Of a stretch of DNA of 64,000 bases, positions 15,367 through 23,923 are shown piece after piece. Under the pieces are notes generated by a model. It saw only the letters and a program-made list of their open reading frames with translations, made no database searches and had not been told where the DNA came from. This stretch comes from a virus (taxonomy: Duplodnaviria > Caudoviricetes), in the IMG/VR virus record IMGVR_UViG_3300037420_001238, positions 3,306-67,305 of that record; one strand, given 5' to 3'. The position numbers and the translations under genes were made by a program. The stretch's first letter is position 1; the number at the start of each line of letters is the position of its first letter.

Positions 15367-15975
15367 TCAGGCTCCTGGGGTTGGGCGCCCGATCGACATC
15401 TGTCGGTGCGTGGCGCAATAGACGTGGGTGTCGGAACAGGTCACAGCACCGCACGCAAAATGAGTTTTGGTTTCAGGAAGGTCGATCGGCCAACGGCAGC
15501 GCAGCCGCGCCGGAAGGTCGATGATGGGAAGGGGCTTCACACCCGGCAGCGGATCGAACGAACCGCGCTTCTCGGCGGGCAGGACGCGATCTGGAGTGGC
15601 ATTCTCGGCCGCCATCTGAATGTTGTAGGGGCGAAGGTTCTGCTTGGCTCCGGTCTTCACCTGAATGCGGTTGACCATGGCCCTGTCGGTGCGGCCGTCG
15701 CTTGTCTTGACCGAAAGTTCCGCCTTCGATTTTGCCTTGGGCGCCGAAGTGATCCCGTCTCGGGCTGGACGAACCTTGTGTTTGGTGCCGTGATAGCGCT
15801 TCAGCTTGCCTTCTCTGGCCTCGATGCGATGCAGACGGCCGATGACGGCGTTGCGGCTGCAATTCCGGAAGTGGCCGGCGATTACGCTGCAGGAGAGGCC
15901 TTCGCCGGCGAGTTTCTTCAAAAGATTATCGCGCTTGGCTGGCGGCATTTTCGTCCAGTCTGGGAGATCAGACAT
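15367..15975 (-). CDS. gcrA: GcrA-like cell-cycle regulator
   Basis: N-terminal WT...LLKKLAGEGLSCSVIA...SRNAVIGRLHRI; C-terminal CRWPI...FACG...VYCATH. Confidence 0.9.
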   Translation of the reverse strand: MSDLPDWTKMPPAKRDNLLKKLAGEGLSCSVIAGHFRNCSRNAVIGRLHRIEAREGKLKRYHGTKHKVRPARDGITSAPKAKSKAELSVKTSDGRTDRAMVNRIQVKTGAKQNLRPYNIQMAAENATPDRVLPAEKRGSFDPLPGVKPLPIIDLPARLRCRWPIDLPETKTHFACGAVTCSDTHVYCATHRQMSIGRPTPGA

Positions 15976-16273
15976 GATCTTTCTCCCGCACTTCGGCCGG
16001 AGCCGTATTGAGGAGTTTGGTGAAGCTGCTGATGTCAGTAGAACGGCGCTCGACAGGACGGAAGCGGCGCGGGTGCCAGGCGCCTCCAGCCGGATGCCAA
16101 GATTTGACCTCCACGACGACACCAAATGTTTTGTCTAATTCATGTGGAATTATAGCTTCGATCTTGTAAATCTTACCGTTCTTGAGACCGGTCTGCTGGC
16201 CCGTGTAATCGACGCTATCATCGATGCACACAATCTCATCGCCAACTTTGGCCGTCTTGATCCATCCGTTCAT
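15968..16273 (-). CDS. Hypothetical phage protein
   Basis: VGDEIVCIDDS motif; in operon. Confidence 0.75.
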   Translation of the reverse strand: MNGWIKTAKVGDEIVCIDDSVDYTGQQTGLKNGKIYKIEAIIPHELDKTFGVVVEVKSWHPAGGAWHPRRFRPVERRSTDISSFTKLLNTAPAEVREKDHV

Positions 16274-16770
16274 GCCGCCCTCACCATCTCGTGCAGGGCC
16301 GATGTCTGGTCGGCGGTGAGCGGATGCCCGGCGGCCGATAGGCCGCGCACCAGGGCGGCGGCGGCAGCGGCGAATGCCTTGCGGGACTTGGCGTTCTTCC
16401 GATCGACAAGTTCCCGACGAAGAGCTGCTTTCTCGTCATCCCACAAGCGATCAACCTCGCCGTGGAACATAGAACGGACACGACGCGCGGTAAGGCGCGG
16501 GACGCGCTTGACCAGCGCGTTGTGTACCAGCGGGATCTGTTGTTTCTGCTGCTGGCCGGGGGCGATCAGTTCGGCGAGCTCTTTCACCATGCTCTGAATG
16601 GAATTTTCACGCTCGGGCTCAGAAACCATCCGTCTGGGCGCGAAACCCAACACTTCGGGTTCGAAGCGTGCGATCTCTTGCTCGTCGAAAGGAGGCACGA
16701 ATGAGGGGACGAAATCATGAAAGCCGAGGGGCTCGCGGGCCACCATGTCGAAATCGAGGTTGCTCATCAC
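16270..16770 (-). CDS. Hypothetical protein in CII position
   Basis: Directly follows cro; LTARRVRSMFHGE is HTH-like. Confidence 0.7.
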   Translation of the reverse strand: MMSNLDFDMVAREPLGFHDFVPSFVPPFDEQEIARFEPEVLGFAPRRMVSEPERENSIQSMVKELAELIAPGQQQKQQIPLVHNALVKRVPRLTARRVRSMFHGEVDRLWDDEKAALRRELVDRKNAKSRKAFAAAAAALVRGLSAAGHPLTADQTSALHEMVRAA

Positions 16771-16991
16771 TCAGCAGCCTCCGCAGTTATGGGAACAGGT
16801 CCGACCCCGTAGAAGTCGTTAGGGGTTACCTTCCCCTCAGTGACTTCGAAGATCTTTTCCATGTGCTCCTTCCGGGGGACGCGCTCCCCCGAAATCCATT
16901 TGCGCAGCCCGCCGGGCGAGACGCCATCCAATCGATTGGCGAATTCCTCGGGGGAGATCTTGAGATCGGAAATGTATTCAGCGAGCGTCAT
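16767..16991 (-). CDS. cro: Cro-like repressor
   Basis: MTLAEYISDLKISPEEFANRLDGVSPGGLRKWISGERVP; divergent from cI. Confidence 0.88.
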   Translation of the reverse strand: MTLAEYISDLKISPEEFANRLDGVSPGGLRKWISGERVPRKEHMEKIFEVTEGKVTPNDFYGVGPVPITAEAAE

Positions 16992-16999
16992 AGTTCGCA

Positions 17000-17028
17000 A
17001 TCTTCCCCAATCCGGGAATGATTGTCAA
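17000..17028 (-). promoter_or_regulatory. Leftward lytic promoter with operator
   Basis: TTGACA-N17-GAAGAT on the minus strand; operator CTTCCCCAATCCGGGAA (17002-17018) lies in the spacer. Confidence 0.75.
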
Positions 17029-17079
17029 GCCCGATTTGGGACGGGACGCCCGAACGGCAGCTGTGATAACTATCCCGTT

Positions 17080-17637
17080 ATGGGTAACAGGCTGAAAATA
17101 TTACGCGAAAAAAAATCGATGACGCTGCAGGACGCAGCAGATGCGATGAACGTTTCCTATGGCCAGTATGTCAAACTCGAGCGCGGCGAGCGCCGCCTGA
17201 CCGACGAATATATTCAGCGCGCAGCCAAGGCATTCGACGTTTCGCCGTCACAGATTATCGATTCGCAGGACAAAGTCAGGAAGATTGGTTACATCGGCGC
17301 CGGCCAGACAGTTGAGGCCGTCGAATTCGATCCCGATGAGGAGGTCGACGCTCCCGCTGACGCTAAGCCTGGAACCGTTGCCGCCGAAGTTCGTGGAGAG
17401 TCGATGTTGCCGATCTTTCACGATGGCTGGTTGATCTACTGGAGCACGCTGAAACCCCCGTCCACCATGGTAAACCGGATGGGCGTCTACCAGCTCGCAG
17501 ACGGTCGGATCATGGTGAAAACGCTTCGACAGGGGTCAAAGCCTGGCTATTGGACGCTCACCAGCTTCAACGCTGCGGACGTGGTCGATGTCATCCTCGA
17601 CTGGGGCGCAGAGATCGACTGGATTAAGCCGCGTTAG
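17080..17637 (+). CDS. cI: CI repressor (XRE HTH + S24 autocleavage peptidase)
   Basis: HTH MGNRLKILREKKSMTLQDAADAM...YVKLERGER; cleavage site IGAG; catalytic Ser GESM and Lys MVKTL. Confidence 0.95.
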   Translation: MGNRLKILREKKSMTLQDAADAMNVSYGQYVKLERGERRLTDEYIQRAAKAFDVSPSQIIDSQDKVRKIGYIGAGQTVEAVEFDPDEEVDAPADAKPGTVAAEVRGESMLPIFHDGWLIYWSTLKPPSTMVNRMGVYQLADGRIMVKTLRQGSKPGYWTLTSFNAADVVDVILDWGAEIDWIKPR

Positions 17638-17899
17638 ACGCGGCTTCCATCATCAGAACTGCGATCTGAAATAATAATCCAAGTGCAATCACCGCTACCA
17701 CGCGCCAGAAGTACGGGTGCGGATTTTCACTACCTCGACCCGTGATGATCAGCACGGGTAGAATTACGATTGCCATCAGCGCCGTGCCAAACATCCACGG
17801 AATCGGGTCTTTACCTTTTCCGCTCGCGATCACGTAGCCCAACGCGCCAAACATCACGATTCCAGAAATTATAGACGCAATCTCATAAGGATTTTCCAT
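17624..17899 (-). CDS. Three-TM membrane protein (superinfection-exclusion/moron candidate)
   Basis: Three hydrophobic segments; IASGKGKDPIPW motif; AT-rich upstream region; lies in the immunity region. Confidence 0.7.
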   Translation of the reverse strand: MENPYEIASIISGIVMFGALGYVIASGKGKDPIPWMFGTALMAIVILPVLIITGRGSENPHPYFWRVVAVIALGLLFQIAVLMMEAASNAA

Positions 17900-17922
17900 A
17901 ACAAATCTCCCTACTCCAATAG

Positions 17923-17945
17923 GGGGCTGGCTCTAAGCCAGCCCC
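17923..17945. repeat. Perfect inverted repeat
   Basis: GGGGCTGGCT-CTA-AGCCAGCCCC. Confidence 0.7.
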
Positions 17946-18090
17946 TAGTAGAGATTGTTAATAAATTCGCGCGCGAAAGTTATTAGTTTTTATATATACA
18001 CCGCGCGAGGCATTCCCAAAAATTCCGCACTTTTTCCAGGGCAGATTCGCTGCAGCGGGGGAAGCGCGTCGCAACCGGTCCGAAAATATT

Positions 18091-18133
18091 TTCCCGATAT
18101 GGGGTTGACACTCTTCCCGGATTGGGGAAGCAT
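18091..18133 (+). promoter_or_regulatory. Rightward lytic promoter with operators
   Basis: TTGACA(18105)-N17-AAGCAT. Operator TTCCCGGATTGGGGAAG (18114-18130) is the exact reverse complement of 17002-17018. A second site TTCCCGATATGGGG is at 18091. Confidence 0.78.
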
Positions 18134-18166
18134 AGGGGCATCGAAACGCTGATTGCGGATTTGAAG

Positions 18167-18331
18167 ATGCCCATCCACCCATCCCCAGCAAGAGACATCA
18201 TCGCCGATTGCGTCCGTAAATGGATGCTTGGACTGCAGCTCGACGAGCGCGAAAGCGCGATCGTCGATGCCGCATTGATTGTGAACAAGGCCGATCAGAT
18301 CCTCCGCTGCATGGAGGGGTCCGCGTCATGA
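18167..18331 (+). CDS. Small hypothetical protein
   Basis: First gene after the rightward promoter. Confidence 0.6.
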   Translation: MPIHPSPARDIIADCVRKWMLGLQLDERESAIVDAALIVNKADQILRCMEGSAS

Positions 18332-18432
18332 CCCGCCGCCCGATCGACTGGACCTCCATGGTGGTCGCCATCACCCCGTTCCTGGGAACGATCTTCGCCT
18401 TTGCCTTCATCGCCGTGATGGTGCTGCGATGA
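18328..18432 (+). CDS. Small single-TM protein
   Basis: RBS GGAGG; ATGA overlaps; MVVAITPFLGTIFAFAFIAVMVL. Confidence 0.6.
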   Translation: MTRRPIDWTSMVVAITPFLGTIFAFAFIAVMVLR

Positions 18433-19361
18433 CTGTCCGCGTCCTCAAGCCAGCCGACAAGCTCGAATGGCACTCCGCCCGCCGGCAGTTTGTTACCGCG
18501 TCGGTCGCCGGTTGCCTATTGAACTGCCACCCATATCAGACCGCCTATGGCCTGTGGGCCGAGAAGACCGACCGCATTCAGCGTGACGACGAAGAGAACG
18601 CTGCCATGCGCCGGGGCCGGCTCCTCGAGCCGGCTGCAGCCCAGATGCTGCGGGAGGAGCGACCTGAGTGGGTGATCGACTATCGCAACGACCAGGCGTT
18701 CTATTGCGACGACGCGATCAGGATCGGCGCCACGCCGGATGCCTTCGCCATGCGGCCCGACATCCTCGGCGACGGCATCGTGCAGTTCAAAACCTCATCT
18801 GAGGAAGCCTTCCGGACGGCATGGCTTGATGAGGACGGAGACGTCCAGATCCCGCTGTGGATCGCCGTCCAGGCGATCGTCGAAGCGCACATGACCGGCG
18901 CGAAGTGGGCTGCTGTGGCCGTCATGGTGGTCGGTCGCGGCATCAAAATGGAAGTGGTCGACATCCCCCTGCATGAGGGCATCTGGTCGAAACTGATCAC
19001 TGCCGTCGCCGAGTTCTGGCGCGTGACCGACTCCGGCGAGCACCCGCCGATCGATTGGGACCGGGACGGTTCAACGATCATCGACGTCAATCGGATGTCG
19101 GCGGCCAAGACCATAGACCTGTGTGGTGATGACCATATCGATGCCTATGCCGCGAAATACACCGACGCCAGCGTGGCCCATCGTGAGACTGAGAAGCTCA
19201 AGAATCTTTGCAAGGCGCAGATCCTCTACGCCATGCACGACGCTGAGATCGCCGAGACGAAGCGGTTTCAGATTCGCGCGCCTACCCTGATCAGTGAATC
19301 GGGAAAGGCCTACCGCAAAATTTCAATCAAACTGAAAGACCAGAGCAATGGAAGCTTCTGA
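18429..19361 (+). CDS. YqaJ/lambda-exonuclease-like recombination nuclease
   Basis: W...RR..VTAS, MRRGRLLEP, IGATPDAF, VQFKT and AVQAIVEAHMTG. Confidence 0.9.
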   Translation: MTVRVLKPADKLEWHSARRQFVTASVAGCLLNCHPYQTAYGLWAEKTDRIQRDDEENAAMRRGRLLEPAAAQMLREERPEWVIDYRNDQAFYCDDAIRIGATPDAFAMRPDILGDGIVQFKTSSEEAFRTAWLDEDGDVQIPLWIAVQAIVEAHMTGAKWAAVAVMVVGRGIKMEVVDIPLHEGIWSKLITAVAEFWRVTDSGEHPPIDWDRDGSTIIDVNRMSAAKTIDLCGDDHIDAYAAKYTDASVAHRETEKLKNLCKAQILYAMHDAEIAETKRFQIRAPTLISESGKAYRKISIKLKDQSNGSF

Positions 19362-20154
19362 AGCCGTGGCCGGACTCGGTCATAATAATCCGCCAGCCGA
19401 TCCACCATTGACGCTTCTGGAAAAGCTGCCGATCGACCATCGCAAGACGATCGACCGGGTCGAGGCGTTGGCGAAGAAAGCCAACGACGTCAAGGCGCTG
19501 GTCGATGCAGCCGAGAAGCCGGACGCCGACGGCGGCATCGCTGGCCTCAATGACGAGATCGTCGAGAAGATGGTCGAGGTCGGCAAGGAAGCCACAAAGC
19601 TCGATCGCGAAGTTGATGACGAGCGCAAGGATACCACGAAACCGCTTCGCGATGACGTGGATACCATCAACGGTTTCTTCAACACCATGCTCGGCAGAAC
19701 ATCGAGGATCAAAACCGCCTTCTCCGAGAAGGTCGACACCTACATTACGGCCAAGCAGGACGAAGAGCGCCGACAGGCCGCCGAGCGAGCCCGCATCGCC
19801 GAGGAGGCAGCCGCAGCAAAGCTGCAGGAGGCCCAGGACGCCCAGCATTCTGTCATGAGCGATGTCCTGCTCAATGAAGCAGCTCGCGCCGAGGAAGAGG
19901 CGCAGATGGCGGCTACGGCCGCCGTGAAGGCGGGCACCGGGCCGACGCGTATGGCGACTGGCACAATCAGTCAGTCGACGAAGTTCTCGTTTGAAATCCT
20001 CGACACCGACAAAATCCCGCTGGAGTCGCTCCGTCCGTACATCAAGCTCGCCGACTTCGAGAAGTTCGTTCGCGCATTTGTCGCGACCCACAAGGACAAG
20101 AAGCCTTTGGCTGGTGTCCGCATCTTCCCAGACACGAAAACAACATTCCGTTGA
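19348..20154 (+). CDS. Coiled-coil phage recombination-region protein
   Basis: GLGHNNPP N-terminus, long helical region and C-terminal LAGVRIF; lies between YqaJ and RecT. Confidence 0.8.
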   Translation: MEASEAVAGLGHNNPPADPPLTLLEKLPIDHRKTIDRVEALAKKANDVKALVDAAEKPDADGGIAGLNDEIVEKMVEVGKEATKLDREVDDERKDTTKPLRDDVDTINGFFNTMLGRTSRIKTAFSEKVDTYITAKQDEERRQAAERARIAEEAAAAKLQEAQDAQHSVMSDVLLNEAARAEEEAQMAATAAVKAGTGPTRMATGTISQSTKFSFEILDTDKIPLESLRPYIKLADFEKFVRAFVATHKDKKPLAGVRIFPDTKTTFR

Positions 20155-20164
20155 GGTGACCACT

Positions 20165-21157
20165 ATGGCTGAGAAGTCAGAAATCCAGGTGGTTCGCCAC
20201 CAATTGACCCAGATGGAAGGCGAGTTCAAGGCCGCCCTTCCCGCCCACATTCCAGTCGAGCGATTCAATCGCGTCGTCATGACGGCGATCCAGGCGACGC
20301 CAAAGCTGCTGCAATGCAATCGCCAGAGCTTCTTCAATTCCTGCGTCCGCGCGGCACAGGATGGCTTGCTTCCCGACGGTCGAGAGGGCGCGATCGTACC
20401 ATATGGCAACGACGCCCAGTGGCTGCCGATGATCGCAGGCCTTCGCAAGAAGGCTCGAAATTCAGGCGAGATTGCAACATGGGATGTCCATGCAGTCTTC
20501 GAAAAAGACGATTTTGATTACGAGCTCGGTGACAACCCTTTCATCCGCCACAAGCCAACGCTCGGCGAGCCCGGCAAGTTGATCGCCGTCTATTCTATCG
20601 CCGTCCTCAAGAGCGGCGAGATCAGCCGCGACGTTATGTCGGTGATCCAGGTCGAGAAGATCCGCACGAAATCGAAGGGCTCAAACACACCCTGGAATGA
20701 CCCAATCTTCTACCCGGAAATGGCGAAGAAGACGGTAGCCAAGCGTCACGCGAAGGTCTTGCCGACGTCGACCGACCTCGACGACCTTCTCCGTCGCGAT
20801 GACGATCTCTACGATCTGTCATCCGCCAGCGACAAGTCCGAAGGCGTTAAGGCCAAGGGCCTGAAGAACCGGCTCGATCAACTCGCCGATGGCCCAACCA
20901 TTGAGCATGAAGACGAGAAGCCGAAGCGCGGCAGCAGGAATTCCGATCCGGATAAGAAATCCGGCAACCAGGCCGACGGCGACGCAGGGCATCAGTCGTC
21001 GTCGGCCCCCTCTGACGACGCAGCCGCTTACCGCGCCGGCAAGCAGGCCCGCGCGAACGGCATGAGCCGCAAGGCCATCCCCCAGGAATACCGCAACGAC
21101 CAGAAGATGGCCGACGCGTGGCTTGAGGGCTTCGATGCGGAAGGGGGTGATGCATGA
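20165..21157 (+). CDS. recT: RecT single-strand annealing protein with C-terminal RMF-like motif
   Basis: ALPAHIPVERFNRV, AAQDGLLPDGREGAIVPY, GLRKKARNSGEI and EMAKKTV. Confidence 0.93.
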   Translation: MAEKSEIQVVRHQLTQMEGEFKAALPAHIPVERFNRVVMTAIQATPKLLQCNRQSFFNSCVRAAQDGLLPDGREGAIVPYGNDAQWLPMIAGLRKKARNSGEIATWDVHAVFEKDDFDYELGDNPFIRHKPTLGEPGKLIAVYSIAVLKSGEISRDVMSVIQVEKIRTKSKGSNTPWNDPIFYPEMAKKTVAKRHAKVLPTSTDLDDLLRRDDDLYDLSSASDKSEGVKAKGLKNRLDQLADGPTIEHEDEKPKRGSRNSDPDKKSGNQADGDAGHQSSSAPSDDAAAYRAGKQARANGMSRKAIPQEYRNDQKMADAWLEGFDAEGGDA

Positions 21158-21459
21158 CCGCCGCCGTTCCAGCCTACTTCAAAGGCAAAAAGAACATCTA
21201 CACCTGTGAGATTTGCGGAGAGCATATCGTCTCGATCGACGCAGACGCCGGCGTCACGCCATTCCTCATTGGCTGCGCCGAGACGACTGGCGGCTCCTGC
21301 GTGGGAAAGATGAAATCTTCTCTATATCGCGTCGATCAAAATCTTCGAGCCTCTCACGAATGGTATCGCCCGGCCCAGCCCCCAATTCTTGGCTTCAGCC
21401 AGTGGGTGCGCGAGCATATCGAAAAGGGCGGTCTGATCATACGGAGGATCGCATCATGA
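21154..21459 (+). CDS. Zn-ribbon-like hypothetical protein
   Basis: YTCEICG...GCAETTGGSC. Confidence 0.7.
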   Translation: MTAAVPAYFKGKKNIYTCEICGEHIVSIDADAGVTPFLIGCAETTGGSCVGKMKSSLYRVDQNLRASHEWYRPAQPPILGFSQWVREHIEKGGLIIRRIAS

Positions 21460-21740
21460 CTCAGAATCTCGAAGTCAATCTCCTCCCCGCCACAGAAGCC
21501 GCCGCCCGCACATTCCTCGCCGATCTCGACCGCCAGATCGAAGAACTCGACACCGCATTGACGCTCGCAAAGCAGGTCCGCGGTACCGTCGCACGGGCGT
21601 TCGGAGTCGACCGGCGCGATGGTGGTACTCACATCCAGAGGCTGGTCGACTCCGCCAATAGGTCGATGACCGAGATCGACGCGGAGTCTCAGGACGCCCT
21701 TGAGCGCGCGCTCGACATCGACTGGAGGGTTGCCCAATGA
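21456..21740 (+). CDS. Hypothetical protein
   Basis: ATGA overlaps; in operon. Confidence 0.7.
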   Translation: MTQNLEVNLLPATEAAARTFLADLDRQIEELDTALTLAKQVRGTVARAFGVDRRDGGTHIQRLVDSANRSMTEIDAESQDALERALDIDWRVAQ

Positions 21741-22084
21741 GGGAAGTGCGCGTTCACAAGCTGGATGATTTCCAGAAGGGCAAGTGGGTGCTCGGATACA
21801 CCGAAGCCCCGGGCGCTGTCTCCGTCATCATCAAGGAAGGCACCGTCGACGTTCCCTACCCTGCCGGCTCTCTGATCCTGTTCAACGATCAGGGCACTAT
21901 TGCAGGCCCGGTATCGCTTGAAGCTGCCCGCTCTCTTGCCGAGCGCGTGCTTGAGGGGGACCAGCGGTCTTCCGACCACAAATCCCTCTTGACGTTGGCC
22001 GCAGCGGTCCACGGCTTTCTTCTCCCACCACTTGATACCGAGGCGGCTGCGGCCGCGCTCGAGCCGGAGGTTGCCCATGTTTGA
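21737..22084 (+). CDS. Hypothetical protein
   Basis: RBS GGAGG; in operon. Confidence 0.7.
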   Translation: MREVRVHKLDDFQKGKWVLGYTEAPGAVSVIIKEGTVDVPYPAGSLILFNDQGTIAGPVSLEAARSLAERVLEGDQRSSDHKSLLTLAAAVHGFLLPPLDTEAAAAALEPEVAHV

Positions 22085-22814
22085 GCTGAAGCATTTGGAC
22101 CTACTACGGTTTGTGGATACCGAGACCAGCGGATTTCCTCCGAACGCCGAGATGGTCGAAATCGGCTGGGTTGACCTGGTCTATTATCCAGAAGGTTGGC
22201 AGATCGTCGGCGAGCACCAGTCTCGTTTCGTCAATCCAGGCCACCCAATCCCGGCCGGGGCCACCAACGTCCACGGTATAACCGACGACATGGTGCGCGA
22301 TGCCATGTCTCCGGCGGAAGCCCGGGCCCTACTCGCCAAAGGCGCCGTCATCCACGCCGCTCACAATGCGCGCTTCGACAAGCAGTTCGTCCGCTCCGGC
22401 CTGCCATGGATATGCACGATGGAGTGCGCTCGCAAGGTCTGGCCGAAGGCACCGAACCATAAAAATGAGACCCTGAAGACCTTTCTCGGCATCGAAGTCG
22501 ATGGCGACGCGCACCGCGCAGGCTATGACGCCGCGGTCTCGGCGCAGATCTTGATGCAGCTTTTCAAGCACATGTCGGTCGACGACATGCTGAAGGTCTC
22601 GGATCCCGGCCATGTCCCAACAACGATGCCGTATGGCAAGCATAAAGGCGAGAAGATCAGAGATCTTCCGCTTTCTTACCTCGATTACATGCTCGGGTTG
22701 CCTGACCTCACCAAGGGCATGCGCATCGCCATGGAGAATGCCCGCAATGCACAGCGGGCTCCGGTGCAGCAGGCTCGGCCGGCCCGCACAAGCGGATGGG
22801 ATGGGAGCTTTTGA
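22077..22814 (+). CDS. DEDDh 3'-5' exonuclease (ExoX/DnaQ-like) with MPYGKHKG C-terminal motif
   Basis: VDTETSG, AHNARFD and AHRAGYDA. Confidence 0.92.
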   Translation: MFELKHLDLLRFVDTETSGFPPNAEMVEIGWVDLVYYPEGWQIVGEHQSRFVNPGHPIPAGATNVHGITDDMVRDAMSPAEARALLAKGAVIHAAHNARFDKQFVRSGLPWICTMECARKVWPKAPNHKNETLKTFLGIEVDGDAHRAGYDAAVSAQILMQLFKHMSVDDMLKVSDPGHVPTTMPYGKHKGEKIRDLPLSYLDYMLGLPDLTKGMRIAMENARNAQRAPVQQARPARTSGWDGSF

Positions 22815-23923
22815 TGCAGTTCTCACCCCAGCAGTCGGCGGCGATCGATGCGGTAGCCAGCTGGCTGAAATCCAGACACAAGCAGTGGTTCTATCTCGCC
22901 GGCTTCGCAGGCACCGGAAAGACCACTCTCGCCCGGCACTTCGCCGAAGGCCTTAAAGGTCAAGTGCTTTACATGGCCTATACCGGCAAGGCCGCAATGG
23001 TGATGCGCAAGAACGGCTGCCTCGGTGCGCTGACTATCCATGCCACCATCTATAACGTGGACTTCAACCCAGCTACTGGCGTGAAGAAATTCGTGCTGAA
23101 AGATGTCGACGAGCTTTCGAACGTCGCCCTCTTTGTCGTCGACGAGTGTTCCATGGTCGACGAGGAGATCGGCAAGGATCTTCTGAGCTTTGGCGTTCCG
23201 ATCCTTGTGCTCGGCGATCCGGCGCAGTTGCCGCCCGTCAAGGGCGGCGGCTTCTTCACCAATGCCGATCCCGACGTGATGCTGACCGAGATTCATCGGC
23301 AGGCAGCCGAGAACCCTATAATCCAGATGGCAACGACCATACGCGAGGGCGGGCGGCTGCGCTACGGCGAATATGGGCGCAACCGCGTTATCCGGCGCGA
23401 GGAGCTGTCACAGCAGGATGTCATGGGCGCCGACCAGGTGCTGGTCGGCCTGAACAAGACCCGAGAGTCCTATAATTACCGCATCCGCGAGATCCTGAAA
23501 CGCACACCGGGCAAGCCGCAGGAAGAAGACCAACTCGTTTGCCTGAAGAATGAGCGCACGCTCGGCATCTTCAATGGTGGCCTCTGGAAGGTCGTCGAGA
23601 TGATTCCGCGGAAGATCGGCCACCTCAACGACCATTGCGTCCGTATGCATGTCACCTCGCTTGATTTCGAGATGACGGCGCCGATCGAGGTTCGTGTTCG
23701 GGAGGAGTTCTTCCGCGGCCAGGGCACCGAAGTGCCTTGGAAAGAGCTTCGCGGCACACAGCAATTCGATTTCGGCTACGCCCTCACGGTCCACAAATCT
23801 CAGGGGTCGCAGTGGGAAACCGTCTGCCTGTTCGACGAGAGCGGCAGCTTTCAATCCGACCGCGCGCGCTGGCTGTACACGGGCCTGACCCGCGCATCCG
23901 AAACCCTGACAGTGGTGATGTGA
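22814..23923 (+). CDS. RecD/Dda-like SF1 helicase
   Basis: GFAGTGKT, VVDECSMV, LGDPAQLPPV, LTEIHRQA, YALTVHKSQGSQW and YTGLTRA. Confidence 0.95.
   Translation: MQFSPQQSAAIDAVASWLKSRHKQWFYLAGFAGTGKTTLARHFAEGLKGQVLYMAYTGKAAMVMRKNGCLGALTIHATIYNVDFNPATGVKKFVLKDVDELSNVALFVVDECSMVDEEIGKDLLSFGVPILVLGDPAQLPPVKGGGFFTNADPDVMLTEIHRQAAENPIIQMATTIREGGRLRYGEYGRNRVIRREELSQQDVMGADQVLVGLNKTRESYNYRIREILKRTPGKPQEEDQLVCLKNERTLGIFNGGLWKVVEMIPRKIGHLNDHCVRMHVTSLDFEMTAPIEVRVREEFFRGQGTEVPWKELRGTQQFDFGYALTVHKSQGSQWETVCLFDESGSFQSDRARWLYTGLTRASETLTVVM

Noticed and set aside
16840-17079. N-terminal extension of cI given by the ORF track (likewise 9571-9786 for the primase and 10457-10507 for the MTase)
   Set aside because: These extensions overlap neighbouring genes or promoters and lack domain similarity. 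Downstream starts fit better.
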